Positions 11,426-20,763 of a DNA stretch of 64,000 nt are shown here, piece by piece. This stretch comes from Klebsiella phage KPN8. The DNA is taken from sequence record OP079919.1; one strand, written 5' to 3'. Both the position numbers and the translations under genes were made by a program. The notes under the pieces were generated by a model. That model saw only the letters and a program-made list of their open reading frames with translations. It made no database searches and was not told the DNA's origin. Each line of letters starts with the position of its first letter. Positions within the stretch are counted from its first letter, which is position 1.

Positions 11426-11807
11426 AACACTCATCATCCTCATTGCAGCGTTTTTCACTAACCTGGCGTTAGCTGACGCGCCCTACATGACTAACAACAC
11501 CGCCTCGTCTTCTGAACGAGTACAGGTCGGTGATGTAAGTTGCGATTCTTCTAAACCACAGTCAACTATTAATATAGGAGCTTACGGTAATAACGGCAAT
11601 CGTTACAGTTACGAAGATTCTGATAAAGGCGGGTTCGTATCCATCTCCATCCCTATCGGGGAATCTGCCGTAAAGACGGATTGCTCGCGCCTCTATGACT
11701 TAGGCGTGAAGATGAAAGAAGTTGAATTAAAACAGCGTGAAATGGCTGTTGCTGCTGCCGAAGAAAACCTTCGGCTCCAACAGCAGCGAGCTTTAGATTT
11801 CAAATAA
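11412..11807 (+). CDS. secreted protein with signal peptide (131 aa; trimmed from 11373)
   Basis: MFAYKTLIILIAAFFTNLALA-DA; GGAAAGG upstream of ATG 11412. Confidence 0.55.
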   Translation: MFAYKTLIILIAAFFTNLALADAPYMTNNTASSSERVQVGDVSCDSSKPQSTINIGAYGNNGNRYSYEDSDKGGFVSISIPIGESAVKTDCSRLYDLGVKMKEVELKQREMAVAAAEENLRLQQQRALDFK

Positions 11808-11852
11808 CCAACCTTAACGTTATACCAACCAACCCAACAGGAAAATTCCTAA

Positions 11853-12344
11853 ATGAAAAAGATCATGATCGCTATTGCTCTTCTGTCTACCACAGCATTC
11901 GCCAACGCCGCTTCTGAGCAGGTATGGAACGCGTCTCTCACCAACAGCCAAATCACCTGCGGCATCGACTACACCGGCGGCACCCCGGTTGAAGGCGGTA
12001 TTCTTACTGCTAACGAAAGCGGGACGAATACGTCCAAAGCCATTTCCTTCACCCTGATCGCGAACACGCAAAACGTCAACTGGCAGATCACCGAAGCCAA
12101 ACTGGTTCAAAACACCGGCCGGTTTGATTTCAGCGATAACCTACTGAGCGTAAACGATAAAACCAAAACGTCGGTTTACATCAACGATCAGGAATACGCG
12201 TGGCCTGACGCCGCTCAAGCTAAAGCGTTGGCGAGCAATTCTCGCGTGATCAAACTGGCGCCGAAAATCAATCTGGAACAGTCGGTCTTCCCGGTCGGGA
12301 CAACCCGCATCCAAGGCAAGATTGTGATCAACTGCATTCAGTAA
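11853..12344 (+). CDS. secreted protein with signal peptide (163 aa), GC3-rich probable high-expression gene
   Basis: MKKIMIAIALLSTTAFANA-AS; C/G-ending codons; strong terminator after. Confidence 0.7.
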   Translation: MKKIMIAIALLSTTAFANAASEQVWNASLTNSQITCGIDYTGGTPVEGGILTANESGTNTSKAISFTLIANTQNVNWQITEAKLVQNTGRFDFSDNLLSVNDKTKTSVYINDQEYAWPDAAQAKALASNSRVIKLAPKINLEQSVFPVGTTRIQGKIVINCIQ

Positions 12345-12365
12345 TCGTCATCTACACATCTTCAA

Positions 12366-12392
12366 TAGGGGGAGATACTCCCCCTATTTTTT
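12366..12392 (+). terminator. intrinsic terminator (TAGGGGGAG-ata-CTCCCCCTA + T6)
   Basis: 9-bp GC stem followed by TTTTTT. Confidence 0.75.
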
Positions 12393-12419
12393 ACACCCCT
12401 CACTTTTAGGAAAATGCAA

Positions 12420-12818
12420 ATGTCTACTATCTCTCAAAACTCAACTACTGATATGAACGGCAAAGTGACTTTTAATAAAGGCGCTTTCCCGCAGCTGATG
12501 ACCCCAACTTTCATGATCTTCATCTGGGCCTATCAGCCGGTTATGAACGCCATCCAGGGCTGGAACCCGGCCATCGGTTTCATCTTCGCCTTTGTCGTCT
12601 TCCTGATCTGGTTTTGTCATGACCGCGCATTCTTGGCTTCACAAGGTGCGTTCGTCCCTCACTGGCTTTGGTTCCTTTTCGTTCCGGTGTATATCTATAA
12701 ACGCCAGAAACGTAACGGTAATAGCCGTTGGTGGGTCGTCTTCTGGCTGATCAGCGTAATAATGGGGTTGGTGGTTTCCGCCGCCACTATGGCAGTATTC
12801 CATCCCCAGGGTTACTGA
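12420..12818 (+). CDS. small integral membrane protein (about 132 aa, 3-4 TM helices)
   Basis: hydrophobic segments; start moved to ATG 12420 (8 nt from TAGGA). Confidence 0.6.
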   Translation: MSTISQNSTTDMNGKVTFNKGAFPQLMTPTFMIFIWAYQPVMNAIQGWNPAIGFIFAFVVFLIWFCHDRAFLASQGAFVPHWLWFLFVPVYIYKRQKRNGNSRWWVVFWLISVIMGLVVSAATMAVFHPQGY

Positions 12819-12825
12819 TTTCATT

Positions 12826-12870
12826 TGTGAGGCGGAATTCCGCCTCACAAAAACTCTCTTTTATTTTTTA
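12826..12870 (+). terminator. intrinsic terminator (TGTGAGGCGGAATTCCGCCTCACA + T-rich)
   Basis: 12-bp perfect palindrome followed by T runs. Confidence 0.75.
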
Positions 12871-12893
12871 TTTATTTCTTAGGAATAAACATC

Positions 12894-13538
12894 ATGGCAA
12901 CTCCACGTAAAAAGAAACCCGCAACAAAAAACCGCATGACTTTCGAACAAAAACGTCTGTCTGAAATCATTAAGAAAGTCTATCACGAGCTCTATTTTGT
13001 CGGGGCGTCTTTTTATAAACCGACGGCGGTCAACGCCAACAAGCTCTTCTTAGGAGCTCAGGGTAAAGAAGTTCATACCGCGCGGCGAATTCTATTAGAT
13101 CATTTGATCAGCCTTAAGACGAACTGGCCTTTATGGGTTGGGTGTTTCTTCAATACCCCTAATGGAATCTCTGTGGCTACCGCAGACTCTTTATGGGAAG
13201 CAGAGACGATGTTATCCTTCGGGGGACAGTTCAATAAAAGAATAGAGACTGTGGTAGATGGCATCATCGAAGCTGAAAATGACCCCGACTGCACTCGGGA
13301 AACATTGATAGGCTACGGATATTTCTTTAGCCACTGCGACATCTACAACATGTCCGGGACAGACGAACGTTTAGTAAAACTGATGCTCCCCTATATGGAC
13401 AAGCATTTGGCTAAAGAAGTTAAACCAGAAGACGTCGTCGTTAGCACAGACCTTTTGATCGAATCAATAGTCAAGCGTGGTGGGGTCGCTAAAGATGGCA
13501 AAATCGAAGAATACATCGAGGTGTCGGAGGAGTGGTGA
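12894..13538 (+). CDS. hypothetical protein (214 aa, basic N-terminus)
   Basis: TTTCTTAGGAATAAACATC-ATG. Confidence 0.65.
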   Translation: MATPRKKKPATKNRMTFEQKRLSEIIKKVYHELYFVGASFYKPTAVNANKLFLGAQGKEVHTARRILLDHLISLKTNWPLWVGCFFNTPNGISVATADSLWEAETMLSFGGQFNKRIETVVDGIIEAENDPDCTRETLIGYGYFFSHCDIYNMSGTDERLVKLMLPYMDKHLAKEVKPEDVVVSTDLLIESIVKRGGVAKDGKIEEYIEVSEEW

Positions 13539-14086
13539 AACGATTATACCTGTTACTCATTTTGCTCGGATTAAGTTTTAGTAGTTTGGCCAGAGTCGAT
13601 ATCGTCCTGGTCTGTAATAAAGTTGGAGAGACCAAAGGAACTGGGGTTGTTAAACCGACTCTTTACAACACCGACATCAATTATTTTATAATTTCCAAAA
13701 ATAAAATATCGTTACTTAATGGGCGTTACGGCGGGGTTCTTATGGAACTGCCTTTTTTCCTTTATCATGATAAAGGAAAAATAGAGGGTAGTGGGACTGC
13801 TGGGTACGATAAGATCGATCTCGGTTTTACTAACGGCGACCTCGTCATAAACCTCACTAGGTTCACGAAATTCATAGCGACCCCGGATAACAAAGAGAAC
13901 AAAGTAGATAAAACGATTGAGTTCTCAGAGTGCTATATTTTGGATAGGATTATCACGCCTGAAGCAGAGGATGCAGTTCCTTTCTCTAAAAGCGATAATA
14001 GTGACACCAAAAGCAGAAGAGGTCCTGGTCCAGGTCCGGCTAATCCAGGTAGTCACCCCAACGGTCCTCCGGGACCACCCCGTTAA
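13532..14086 (+). CDS. secreted protein with Pro/Gly-rich C-terminal tail (GPGPGPANPGSHPNGPPGPP)
   Basis: signal peptide LLLILLGLSFSSLA-RV; GTG start, real start may be GTG 13535. Confidence 0.5.
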   Translation: MVKRLYLLLILLGLSFSSLARVDIVLVCNKVGETKGTGVVKPTLYNTDINYFIISKNKISLLNGRYGGVLMELPFFLYHDKGKIEGSGTAGYDKIDLGFTNGDLVINLTRFTKFIATPDNKENKVDKTIEFSECYILDRIITPEAEDAVPFSKSDNSDTKSRRGPGPGPANPGSHPNGPPGPPR

Positions 14087-14104
14087 TTACTCAAAGGAAA
14101 TATC

Positions 14105-14722
14105 GTGGAAAAAACTATTTTTGACAAGATCGTCGACTGGTCTACTGAACGTAATATCATCACCGCGGGGAAGCCTTCCGGCCAAGTCCTTAAAGTCATG
14201 GAAGAAATGGGGGAGATTGCTGGCGGCGTTGCACGCAACAAACTCGATTTGATCAAAGATGCGGTGGGTGACGTATTGGTCATCATGACTAACGTTGCGA
14301 AGATGTACGGGGTTGAGCCGTCTTCTGTTATTACCTTTGACGAAGAAGAACGAGGAGGGCATTTTGAATGGAGCGCTGGTACGATTGGGTTGATCGCGGA
14401 CATGTACGCCTTTTGGGGGGAAGCTTTTAGCCTTGTAGAAGATTACGACGTCGAGCGTAAATTTACCGACCTAGAAGCCGTCTATTATCCGGTGCTCAAC
14501 ATCCTTTATGAAATCTCCCGCCGTTATAACTTTACGTTGCAAGAAGCTGTCGAAGCGTCTTACGACGAGATTAAAGATCGTAAGGGGGTTTTCTATAATG
14601 ACGTCTTTGTTAAAGAAGCCGACTTCACTCCAGCTTGGGCGGTTGAGACGTTAGCGGATAAAGGTCTGTCGATGTCGGCTCGCGGATATCTCTCCCATTG
14701 GTTGGCGAGACAAGCCGGTTAG
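14105..14722 (+). CDS. MazG-like nucleoside triphosphate pyrophosphohydrolase
   Basis: EExGEhAxxxxR...DxxGDVLVI motif block (KVMEEMGEIAGGVARNKLDLIKDAVGDVLVIMTNVAKMYG); GTG start with AAGGA. Confidence 0.65.
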   Translation: MEKTIFDKIVDWSTERNIITAGKPSGQVLKVMEEMGEIAGGVARNKLDLIKDAVGDVLVIMTNVAKMYGVEPSSVITFDEEERGGHFEWSAGTIGLIADMYAFWGEAFSLVEDYDVERKFTDLEAVYYPVLNILYEISRRYNFTLQEAVEASYDEIKDRKGVFYNDVFVKEADFTPAWAVETLADKGLSMSARGYLSHWLARQAG

Positions 14723-14732
14723 TAATCTTTGT

Positions 14733-14757
14733 GGGTGGGGTTTCCCACCCCCTATTT
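14733..14757 (+). terminator. weak terminator-like hairpin (GGGTGGG-gttt-CCCACCC)
   Basis: 7-bp GC stem; poor T-run. Confidence 0.35.
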
Positions 14758-14768
14758 AGGAGAAAATT

Positions 14769-15044
14769 ATGGCTCAGGCGCCATCCATAGTTTATTATGC
14801 TGCACGCACCACACCGACGGGAATTCTTTTGGTTGGTCAGGATCCTGACACCAAAGAGGTTCGTAAGTTCGATGTACCTAAAGATAAGCTGAACGCCAAA
14901 TTAGGCGAGAAGTTTCGTTTGAGTTTCGGGGAGTTTCTCAGGGAAGATGAACCCGACCCGATTATCTTCAGGGTTCATGATCTGAGTAAACCCAAAAAGA
15001 AACTCAATCCAAATAAGAAACATGCTAAAAGGAAAAGAAAATGA
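14769..15044 (+). CDS. hypothetical protein with Lys-rich basic tail (91 aa)
   Basis: TATTTAGGAGAAAATT-ATG. Confidence 0.6.
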   Translation: MAQAPSIVYYAARTTPTGILLVGQDPDTKEVRKFDVPKDKLNAKLGEKFRLSFGEFLREDEPDPIIFRVHDLSKPKKKLNPNKKHAKRKRK

Positions 15045-15250
15045 TCACGGAGATAGTAACTATCGTACTATGTTACTTCGCCGGAGGGTGGTTTTTACAT
15101 TTACTCTGGTGGCGTAATCAGAGAGCTCCAAAAGAAGGCTACGTCAAAACGTTATTCAAAGCCTGGCTTAGTCCTATATGGCATCTGTTTATTCTTATCG
15201 GCCATGCGTTCAAACGGGTAAGTGAATTCTTTTTGGAAATCTTTAAGTAG
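15041..15250 (+). CDS. small membrane protein (69 aa)
   Basis: ATGA overlap; 2 hydrophobic helices. Confidence 0.5.
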   Translation: MITEIVTIVLCYFAGGWFLHLLWWRNQRAPKEGYVKTLFKAWLSPIWHLFILIGHAFKRVSEFFLEIFK

Positions 15251-15252
15251 TC

Positions 15253-15477
15253 ATGTTAGAATTTAAAATTAAATGTGTCAGAGGAAGACGGATGTATAAA
15301 CTGTTTTCCTTTTTAAGGGAAGTTCTTTACGGGAGAGGAGTGATTTCTTCTACAGTGATTGACTGGGAGTTGGGAGAAATCACTTTGAGTATCTTTGCGC
15401 CGGGAGAAGAAGAAACACTGACAGAAGAAATAAAACAGTATTGCGAACAACACAGCTCATTGACTTTTCTATCCTAG
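15253..15477 (+). CDS. hypothetical protein (74 aa)
   Basis: ORF track. Confidence 0.45.
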   Translation: MLEFKIKCVRGRRMYKLFSFLREVLYGRGVISSTVIDWELGEITLSIFAPGEEETLTEEIKQYCEQHSSLTFLS

Positions 15478-15501
15478 TCTATCTTTTTAGGAATTAACAT
15501 C

Positions 15502-15750
15502 ATGATGAATAGGTTGAGGTTAAGACTAAAGAAAAACCTTTCTAAGACCTATCGACAATCCATTAGGTTTGAATCAGATTACCGTTATAGGGTTATCGAC
15601 CTCGGCAATCATTTTCGTATTGAGAAAAGGATCTCTGGATATTGGATATTTGCGCACTGGATGCGTTTACCGGTTATCTTTAACACCTACGACAGGGCTA
15701 AGAACAAGATCATTATTCTCGGTATTCATCACACGTTTAAACTCGGTTAA
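15502..15750 (+). CDS. hypothetical protein (82 aa, basic)
   Basis: TTTTTAGGAATTAACATC-ATG. Confidence 0.55.
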   Translation: MMNRLRLRLKKNLSKTYRQSIRFESDYRYRVIDLGNHFRIEKRISGYWIFAHWMRLPVIFNTYDRAKNKIIILGIHHTFKLG

Positions 15751-15780
15751 TCGATTTATTACTAATTAAGGAAACAAAAA

Positions 15781-16203
15781 ATGTACTTATGGTTATTTCG
15801 CATTTTAATGGTGATCGCTGTTGCACTCAATCTTTACGGGACGTCGGTTGGTAGCGAACAAATCGTTTCGTTCGCTGACTGGCTATTTTTACTCTTCACG
15901 TCATTCACGATAGGTTGTTTTATCGCTTTGTGTTTAGTTTACGCCACCCTGTTCGCATCGGGCCAAAAGGTCAAAGATATGGCTAAGAATATCTTAGCTA
16001 AAAATGAAGAACGTAAGAAAAAATCATGGTACGGTCTCAGGGTATGTGTCGGTCGTATCTGGCTATTTGGTTTCATGGCGTTTATGGCTTACTCAGGTTC
16101 ACCTATTTTGGCTACGCTCAGCATCGTCTTCGTATTGATGTCATATGGGCTAAGTTCTTTGATCACGACAAAGGCAAAAGACGTTGTCGCTAAGGAGATT
16201 TAA
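15781..16203 (+). CDS. integral membrane protein (140 aa)
   Basis: multiple hydrophobic helices; AAGGAAACAAAAA-ATG. Confidence 0.6.
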   Translation: MYLWLFRILMVIAVALNLYGTSVGSEQIVSFADWLFLLFTSFTIGCFIALCLVYATLFASGQKVKDMAKNILAKNEERKKKSWYGLRVCVGRIWLFGFMAFMAYSGSPILATLSIVFVLMSYGLSSLITTKAKDVVAKEI

Positions 16204-16451
16204 TGGAGAATATCTCTTTCGGCGATTACCGAAGATCATTAGGGCTAACCAGGACCAATCCTAAGACCGATAAAGAATTCGCCGTTCCGGATCACGCAGA
16301 GCGTGTTTATGAGATACCCACGGAGATTGATGTTATCGAGGGCGGGGTAAAGCTTGAGTACATTAGCGGAAAGGGTCACGTGTACGCGACATATTGCTGG
16401 ATCGGCGATATGGGTTGGTGGCGCTGGGAAAGCAGAAATAAACCAAATTAA
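16203..16451 (+). CDS. hypothetical protein (82 aa)
   Basis: TAATG overlap. Confidence 0.5.
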   Translation: MENISFGDYRRSLGLTRTNPKTDKEFAVPDHAERVYEIPTEIDVIEGGVKLEYISGKGHVYATYCWIGDMGWWRWESRNKPN

Positions 16452-16465
16452 CTTTAGGGAATATC

Positions 16466-16918
16466 ATGGCTAACGAATTCAACATTAACGGTAAAAGTAT
16501 CAATGTGCCTTCAGGCGCGTCCATCAGTTTCTCCAATGGCGAACTGTTAATTAACGGCAAACCTCCTTCAGAGATTGAGCCTGGTCAGAACATCACAGTT
16601 AATATCATTGTGCAGGGTTCTGCTACGAAAATCGATATCGGATCAGGGACCGTTACTGTCAATGGATCGGCCGGGGAAATAAAAACAGCATCCGGCGATG
16701 TTAACGTGCAAGGTAATTGTGAAGGTCAGATAACCACCGCATCGGGTGATGTGGATGTTGGCCAAGAAGCAAGAAACGGAATAAAAACTGCTTCTGGTAA
16801 CGTGACGGCAAAGACTATAAAGGGGAACGTTGAAACTTCTTCCGGAGATATTCAAGCTGATCAGATCGTCGGTAATGTTAAAACGACTTTCGGTACGATA
16901 AAACCCCCTCATGGATAA
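16466..16918 (+). CDS. bactofilin-like beta-helical repeat protein
   Basis: repeats GSGTVTVNGSAGEI / KTASGDVNVQGN / TTASGDVDVGQE / KTASGNVTAKTIKGNVETSSGDI; TTTAGGGAATATC-ATG. Confidence 0.55.
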   Translation: MANEFNINGKSINVPSGASISFSNGELLINGKPPSEIEPGQNITVNIIVQGSATKIDIGSGTVTVNGSAGEIKTASGDVNVQGNCEGQITTASGDVDVGQEARNGIKTASGNVTAKTIKGNVETSSGDIQADQIVGNVKTTFGTIKPPHG

Positions 16919-16922
16919 ACAA

Positions 16923-16976
16923 TATATACTCCTACGGCTTAATCGCCGTAGGAGTATATTTAAACGGTTATTTTTA
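16923..16976 (+). terminator. intrinsic terminator, palindromic family member 2 (TATACTCCTACGGC-ttaatc-GCCGTAGGAGTATA + T-rich)
   Basis: 14-bp stem, then TTTAAACGGTTATTTTT. Confidence 0.7.
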
Positions 16977-17011
16977 GTTATTGAACTTCTCTTCCCTTTT
17001 AAGGATTATCT

Positions 17012-17875
17012 ATGAATTTTCAATCTTTGAAGAAACTCGTCGGCCCGATTGAGTTATCTTGCATATCCTTCTGTTTGTTATTTATGATATTTAATCTACC
17101 GGCGGCTCAGGAGTCGTGGTTAGTCTCCGCAGTATGTTATTTGGCTTTATTGTTCTCTGCCAGTTGGTTATTCAAAGCGGCAGGTTGTGTTCTGTGTTAT
17201 AAAACGGAAGGCGGGTATGATGACGAACACGATCTGGAACATGCAGAGAACGTATTGCGCAGTGAGCTTAGCTCTAAGGAATGGTCTATATTAACCGCGT
17301 GGCGAGTTCTAGTCGGGTTAGTTGTTCTGCTGGGACTGGGAACGTGGTACGGGGTGGGTTATTTCACTATGCTCTTTGCATCGCTGGGATTGGGTTTGCT
17401 TGTCAAAACCTATTACGAAGATTGGAAGAAAAACAACCAACCGGCATTAGAGAATGCCCGTAAAGAATTCATCTTAGCCATTCAAGATGAAGGAGCTATT
17501 CTCAGCGGGGCTGTTTTTATTAAAGGTCGGGGATCCTTCATTCTTAAGAAAGGATATAACGCGGCCGAATTCGACGCCATGCTAGATTGGTTAGATTTTG
17601 ATTACGACCAAGAAGCATTAGAAGATGGATTCATGATGATCCAGGGCTTCTTCGAACTCCAAGGCAACTATCAAATTCAGCGTTATTGGGATGGGGAAGT
17701 TGGAGAATGCTGGGTGGTATTTAAGTACCATGATTTAAGTACCATAACCGATCCGTTAACTTTATCGGCTGCGTTATTAACCGATAATGAATTCGTAGAA
17801 GAATTCGAGGATTACCTCAAGAAACATCCAGAAGAGATAGGATTAGAAAATGAAACCGATCGAACCGGGTTGTAA
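17012..17875 (+). CDS. membrane protein (287 aa; N-terminal TM helices, C-terminal soluble domain)
   Basis: hydrophobic N-terminal third; ORF. Confidence 0.6.
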   Translation: MNFQSLKKLVGPIELSCISFCLLFMIFNLPAAQESWLVSAVCYLALLFSASWLFKAAGCVLCYKTEGGYDDEHDLEHAENVLRSELSSKEWSILTAWRVLVGLVVLLGLGTWYGVGYFTMLFASLGLGLLVKTYYEDWKKNNQPALENARKEFILAIQDEGAILSGAVFIKGRGSFILKKGYNAAEFDAMLDWLDFDYDQEALEDGFMMIQGFFELQGNYQIQRYWDGEVGECWVVFKYHDLSTITDPLTLSAALLTDNEFVEEFEDYLKKHPEEIGLENETDRTGL

Positions 17876-18290
17876 ATGTGTTATTGTGGCCGACAAATAT
17901 ACTCCTGAAAATGTCGGTAAGGTCGTTACGGTCATACATCGTTACGGTCAGGGAAGTTTCTTCTTATTTAAATACCCCGACGGAATTACCGCGGGCGGAT
18001 CGATCGACTCTCCCGCTTGGAGTGTTGTCGAGCAAATTGATATGAGACTCATACCGCACGGGTCCTCGCCTCTGGTGGTACGTCGCATCGTCGATCTTTG
18101 TGGATCCAATGGGAAAATAAATGGGTTGGTAGGGGAACACAGGCTTATGCGTATAGACGGAGGTGACTTCGACGATAATCCTTATCGGGAGAAGAAACCT
18201 GTCTCGGAAGTACTGGATTCTTTACAAGCTCATTGGATCAATTCACCAGAAGTATGGGATGAACATCAAAGGAGAGCTCAACATGGATGA
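17850..18290 (+). CDS. hypothetical protein (146 aa)
   Basis: ORF; 26-nt overlap with upstream gene. Confidence 0.5.
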   Translation: MKPIEPGCKCVIVADKYTPENVGKVVTVIHRYGQGSFFLFKYPDGITAGGSIDSPAWSVVEQIDMRLIPHGSSPLVVRRIVDLCGSNGKINGLVGEHRLMRIDGGDFDDNPYREKKPVSEVLDSLQAHWINSPEVWDEHQRRAQHG

Positions 18291-18549
18291 TCTGATGAAT
18301 TATCTTTGGGTCTTCCTAGCAATGCTGGGGGCGAAGATTATTTTTGCTATTTACAAAGATAGCAAAGAAATGGGATATAATCCCATTCCCAAAGTAGAAT
18401 GGCGCGGAGGGGCGTTCCCAGCAGGCCCGGTAGTTTATTTTCTTTTCGGGTGCGCGATAGGGAATTACCAAAACATTTATTTATGTTTGGCCGCTCTAGC
18501 GTTAATTATAGTCATTCTCAAATGCGATTTCTTTGTAAGGGAAGAGTAA
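18283..18549 (+). CDS. small membrane protein (88 aa; trimmed from 18163)
   Basis: AAGGAGAG 7 nt before ATG 18283; ATGGATGA overlap. Confidence 0.55.
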   Translation: MDDLMNYLWVFLAMLGAKIIFAIYKDSKEMGYNPIPKVEWRGGAFPAGPVVYFLFGCAIGNYQNIYLCLAALALIIVILKCDFFVREE

Positions 18550-18577
18550 TCTGAATAGACCTAGTAATAACTGGGTC

Positions 18578-18585
18578 TATATTAC
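18578..18585 (+). promoter_or_regulatory. TATATTAC box, candidate phage (phiKZ-type early) promoter
   Basis: exact 8-mer in intergenic gap 35 nt upstream of ATG 18620. Confidence 0.35.
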
Positions 18586-18619
18586 TCCTATACCACACTA
18601 AGATTTAGGAATTAAAATC

Positions 18620-19207
18620 ATGATGAATCAATTAAAGGATTGGATCGATTACTCTTCTTACTGGAATACGTATAACCGCGTTCTTCTTCGTAAAGGAGGG
18701 ATGTACACCGAACAGATCGAACTGGAGCTCACCCCAATTAACGACGAGTGGGACGAAGTTAAACTCTGTAAAATCCGTAAGCATCGTACGAGCATGGGAC
18801 CGGGGGATAAAATTAGTCATCATCTCCATCCTGACATCTTTGCATTGATGGAAGAGAAGCTAGGATATCATTTAGCTCATTTCATCTTTCACTACGATAT
18901 CTACACTAAGCTAACCAATTACGATGCAAGAAGATACTGGTACTTGCTAGATCGTTATGTCTTTAATGGCGGCGGCGGAATACCGCTGGTGTTGATAGAT
19001 CCAAACTTTGATTTGCTGAGAGAGGATTGGGCTAAAGGGACTTCCTCGGCTTACGCCGACGCTAAACAACGCATTATGGATAGATTGAACATAGGGTTGG
19101 ACCAGGTAAACAATCTGAGTTTTTTCGGGGATTTAAGACGCTTGGACATTCACGATCACACACCATTTAGAGTGGGCGTGGCAACTTGGGTGGGGGATAA
19201 ACGATGA
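18620..19207 (+). CDS. hypothetical protein (195 aa)
   Basis: TTTAGGAATTAAAATC-ATG. Confidence 0.65.
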   Translation: MMNQLKDWIDYSSYWNTYNRVLLRKGGMYTEQIELELTPINDEWDEVKLCKIRKHRTSMGPGDKISHHLHPDIFALMEEKLGYHLAHFIFHYDIYTKLTNYDARRYWYLLDRYVFNGGGGIPLVLIDPNFDLLREDWAKGTSSAYADAKQRIMDRLNIGLDQVNNLSFFGDLRRLDIHDHTPFRVGVATWVGDKR

Positions 19208-19623
19208 AACTCATTCATGGTAGAACTAGGTCGGTTATCCTCATAGGGAAATACGCCATAAAGCTCCCCTATTTGAAATCCTGGCCGTATTTCGTTAGGG
19301 GGCTATTGGATAACATGTTCGAGAAAAGCTATAACCGATTCCCTAGTGAGTCATTAGCCCCTTTATTATTTTCTCTTCCTGGGGGTTTCTTAAACGTATA
19401 CCCGCGTTGTAGTGTAATAACTGATCCCAAAGACCCGCAACTCTGGAAACTATTCAAAAATCTTTACGAAGAGGATAACGAGTACATTTTAAATATCATA
19501 GAAGTCGCCGAGCCTTCCAACTTCGGTTATTATCAAGGTCGAATAGTAGCGATTGACTATGGTCATGGTCAACAGTACTTTTTGAACAAACGTATCGTCG
19601 AAGATGAATTGGAGTTATTTTGA
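19204..19623 (+). CDS. hypothetical protein (139 aa; weak Gly-loop/Lys and IDYG motifs)
   Basis: ATGA overlap. Confidence 0.55.
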   Translation: MKLIHGRTRSVILIGKYAIKLPYLKSWPYFVRGLLDNMFEKSYNRFPSESLAPLLFSLPGGFLNVYPRCSVITDPKDPQLWKLFKNLYEEDNEYILNIIEVAEPSNFGYYQGRIVAIDYGHGQQYFLNKRIVEDELELF

Positions 19624-19673
19624 ATCTTTATTTAGTCAAGCATGGTTTGGGCGGCTAAACCATAAGGAACGGT

Positions 19674-19919
19674 ATGAGAGATAATTTGGTAATATTGGGT
19701 AAGGGGTTCTATTTAGTAAGAACCCAGGCCGGTTTCAGAAAAGCGATTAAACATAGATTCTCTAATTCTCCGGATATCGCTGAAGAACGACCGTCCAATT
19801 ATCCACGTTCGTACCCGGCCATTGTGTCCATATCGACAGAATACAGGGGGTATTGGTATCCTAGTGTAAACTGGATCCCTTTAAACGACTTACTTGGTCA
19901 GATAAAGGAAAGTGAATGA
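19674..19919 (+). CDS. hypothetical protein (81 aa)
   Basis: AAGGAACGGT-ATG. Confidence 0.5.
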   Translation: MRDNLVILGKGFYLVRTQAGFRKAIKHRFSNSPDIAEERPSNYPRSYPAIVSISTEYRGYWYPSVNWIPLNDLLGQIKESE

Positions 19920-20185
19920 AATCGGAAATCATCGTTACCAGAACGTTCGCTCAGTTAAAAGAACTTCGGATAATGATCAGCCGTAAATTGGTTAAGTCGG
20001 CTTCTTTGGTTGAAACCACAGAGGGGTGGTCGGTAGAGTTCAAAACTGAATACGGAGATAGAGTATTCTCTTCGTCAAAGAATGCGTACTATCCAAAGAC
20101 CTTTAAAGGTTTTGCAGCACCCATCAAAATGTTGAGAAAGATGGGATTTGACGAAGTAAAGATGGTATTTCTAAAGGCCAAATGA
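19916..20185 (+). CDS. hypothetical protein (89 aa)
   Basis: ATGA overlap. Confidence 0.5.
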   Translation: MKSEIIVTRTFAQLKELRIMISRKLVKSASLVETTEGWSVEFKTEYGDRVFSSSKNAYYPKTFKGFAAPIKMLRKMGFDEVKMVFLKAK

Positions 20186-20206
20186 TATTAATTTAGGGGA
20201 AATCAA

Positions 20207-20518
20207 ATGAAATTATTTCTGGTCCGTTCGCCCGATAATGCGGGGGAATATGAAAGATGGCGAGAGCTGGTTGTTGTTGCTAGAGATGAAAAGGAAGCAA
20301 AAGACATAACGTTCCCGCATCCCGATTTCGTTTCTGGGACTTCAGTATTTGGACAGGTTCCTACCGGTGATAACCATGGTTCGCTATCAGGGCTTCCTTA
20401 TGGAGAAAAAGGCCGTGGGTATTGGTACCCTAACCGTGATAACCTCCAGGTTATCTGTTTGGGGGAAACGTCTCTTACAGAACCTGGAGCTATATCAGGG
20501 TTTTTCTACCACGCGTAA
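20207..20518 (+). CDS. hypothetical protein (103 aa)
   Basis: TTTAGGGGAAATCAA-ATG. Confidence 0.55.
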   Translation: MKLFLVRSPDNAGEYERWRELVVVARDEKEAKDITFPHPDFVSGTSVFGQVPTGDNHGSLSGLPYGEKGRGYWYPNRDNLQVICLGETSLTEPGAISGFFYHA

Positions 20519-20541
20519 TAAACATCTTTAGGGGAAATATC

Positions 20542-20763
20542 GTGAGACCAATACTTTTAGTCGAAAGAGATCTTACGCCAATCAAAAATGCGGGGGTTGA
20601 GATCGTCATGCCCAAGTTTAGAGTGGTTGGGATTGAGGAGTTAGGCGTCGTCCGATTGGATTCTCCTCAGGGGAAGAAAACGGATATGGATGAGATGTTT
20701 ATCCCGGTCTCTCTAGACATAAATGGGATTTGTGCTTCTTTTGTGATGGCTTTGGGAAATTGA
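20542..20763 (+). CDS. hypothetical protein (73 aa, GTG start), paralog family with 20800
   Basis: TTTAGGGGAAATATC-GTG; N-terminus LLVERDLTP..VVGIEELG similar to next gene. Confidence 0.5.
   Translation: MRPILLVERDLTPIKNAGVEIVMPKFRVVGIEELGVVRLDSPQGKKTDMDEMFIPVSLDINGICASFVMALGN

Noticed and set aside
19204-19623. Possible protein kinase (Gly-rich loop GKYAIKLP, IDYGHG)
   Set aside because: Only 139 aa, too short for a kinase fold; the motifs are probably coincidental; left as hypothetical.
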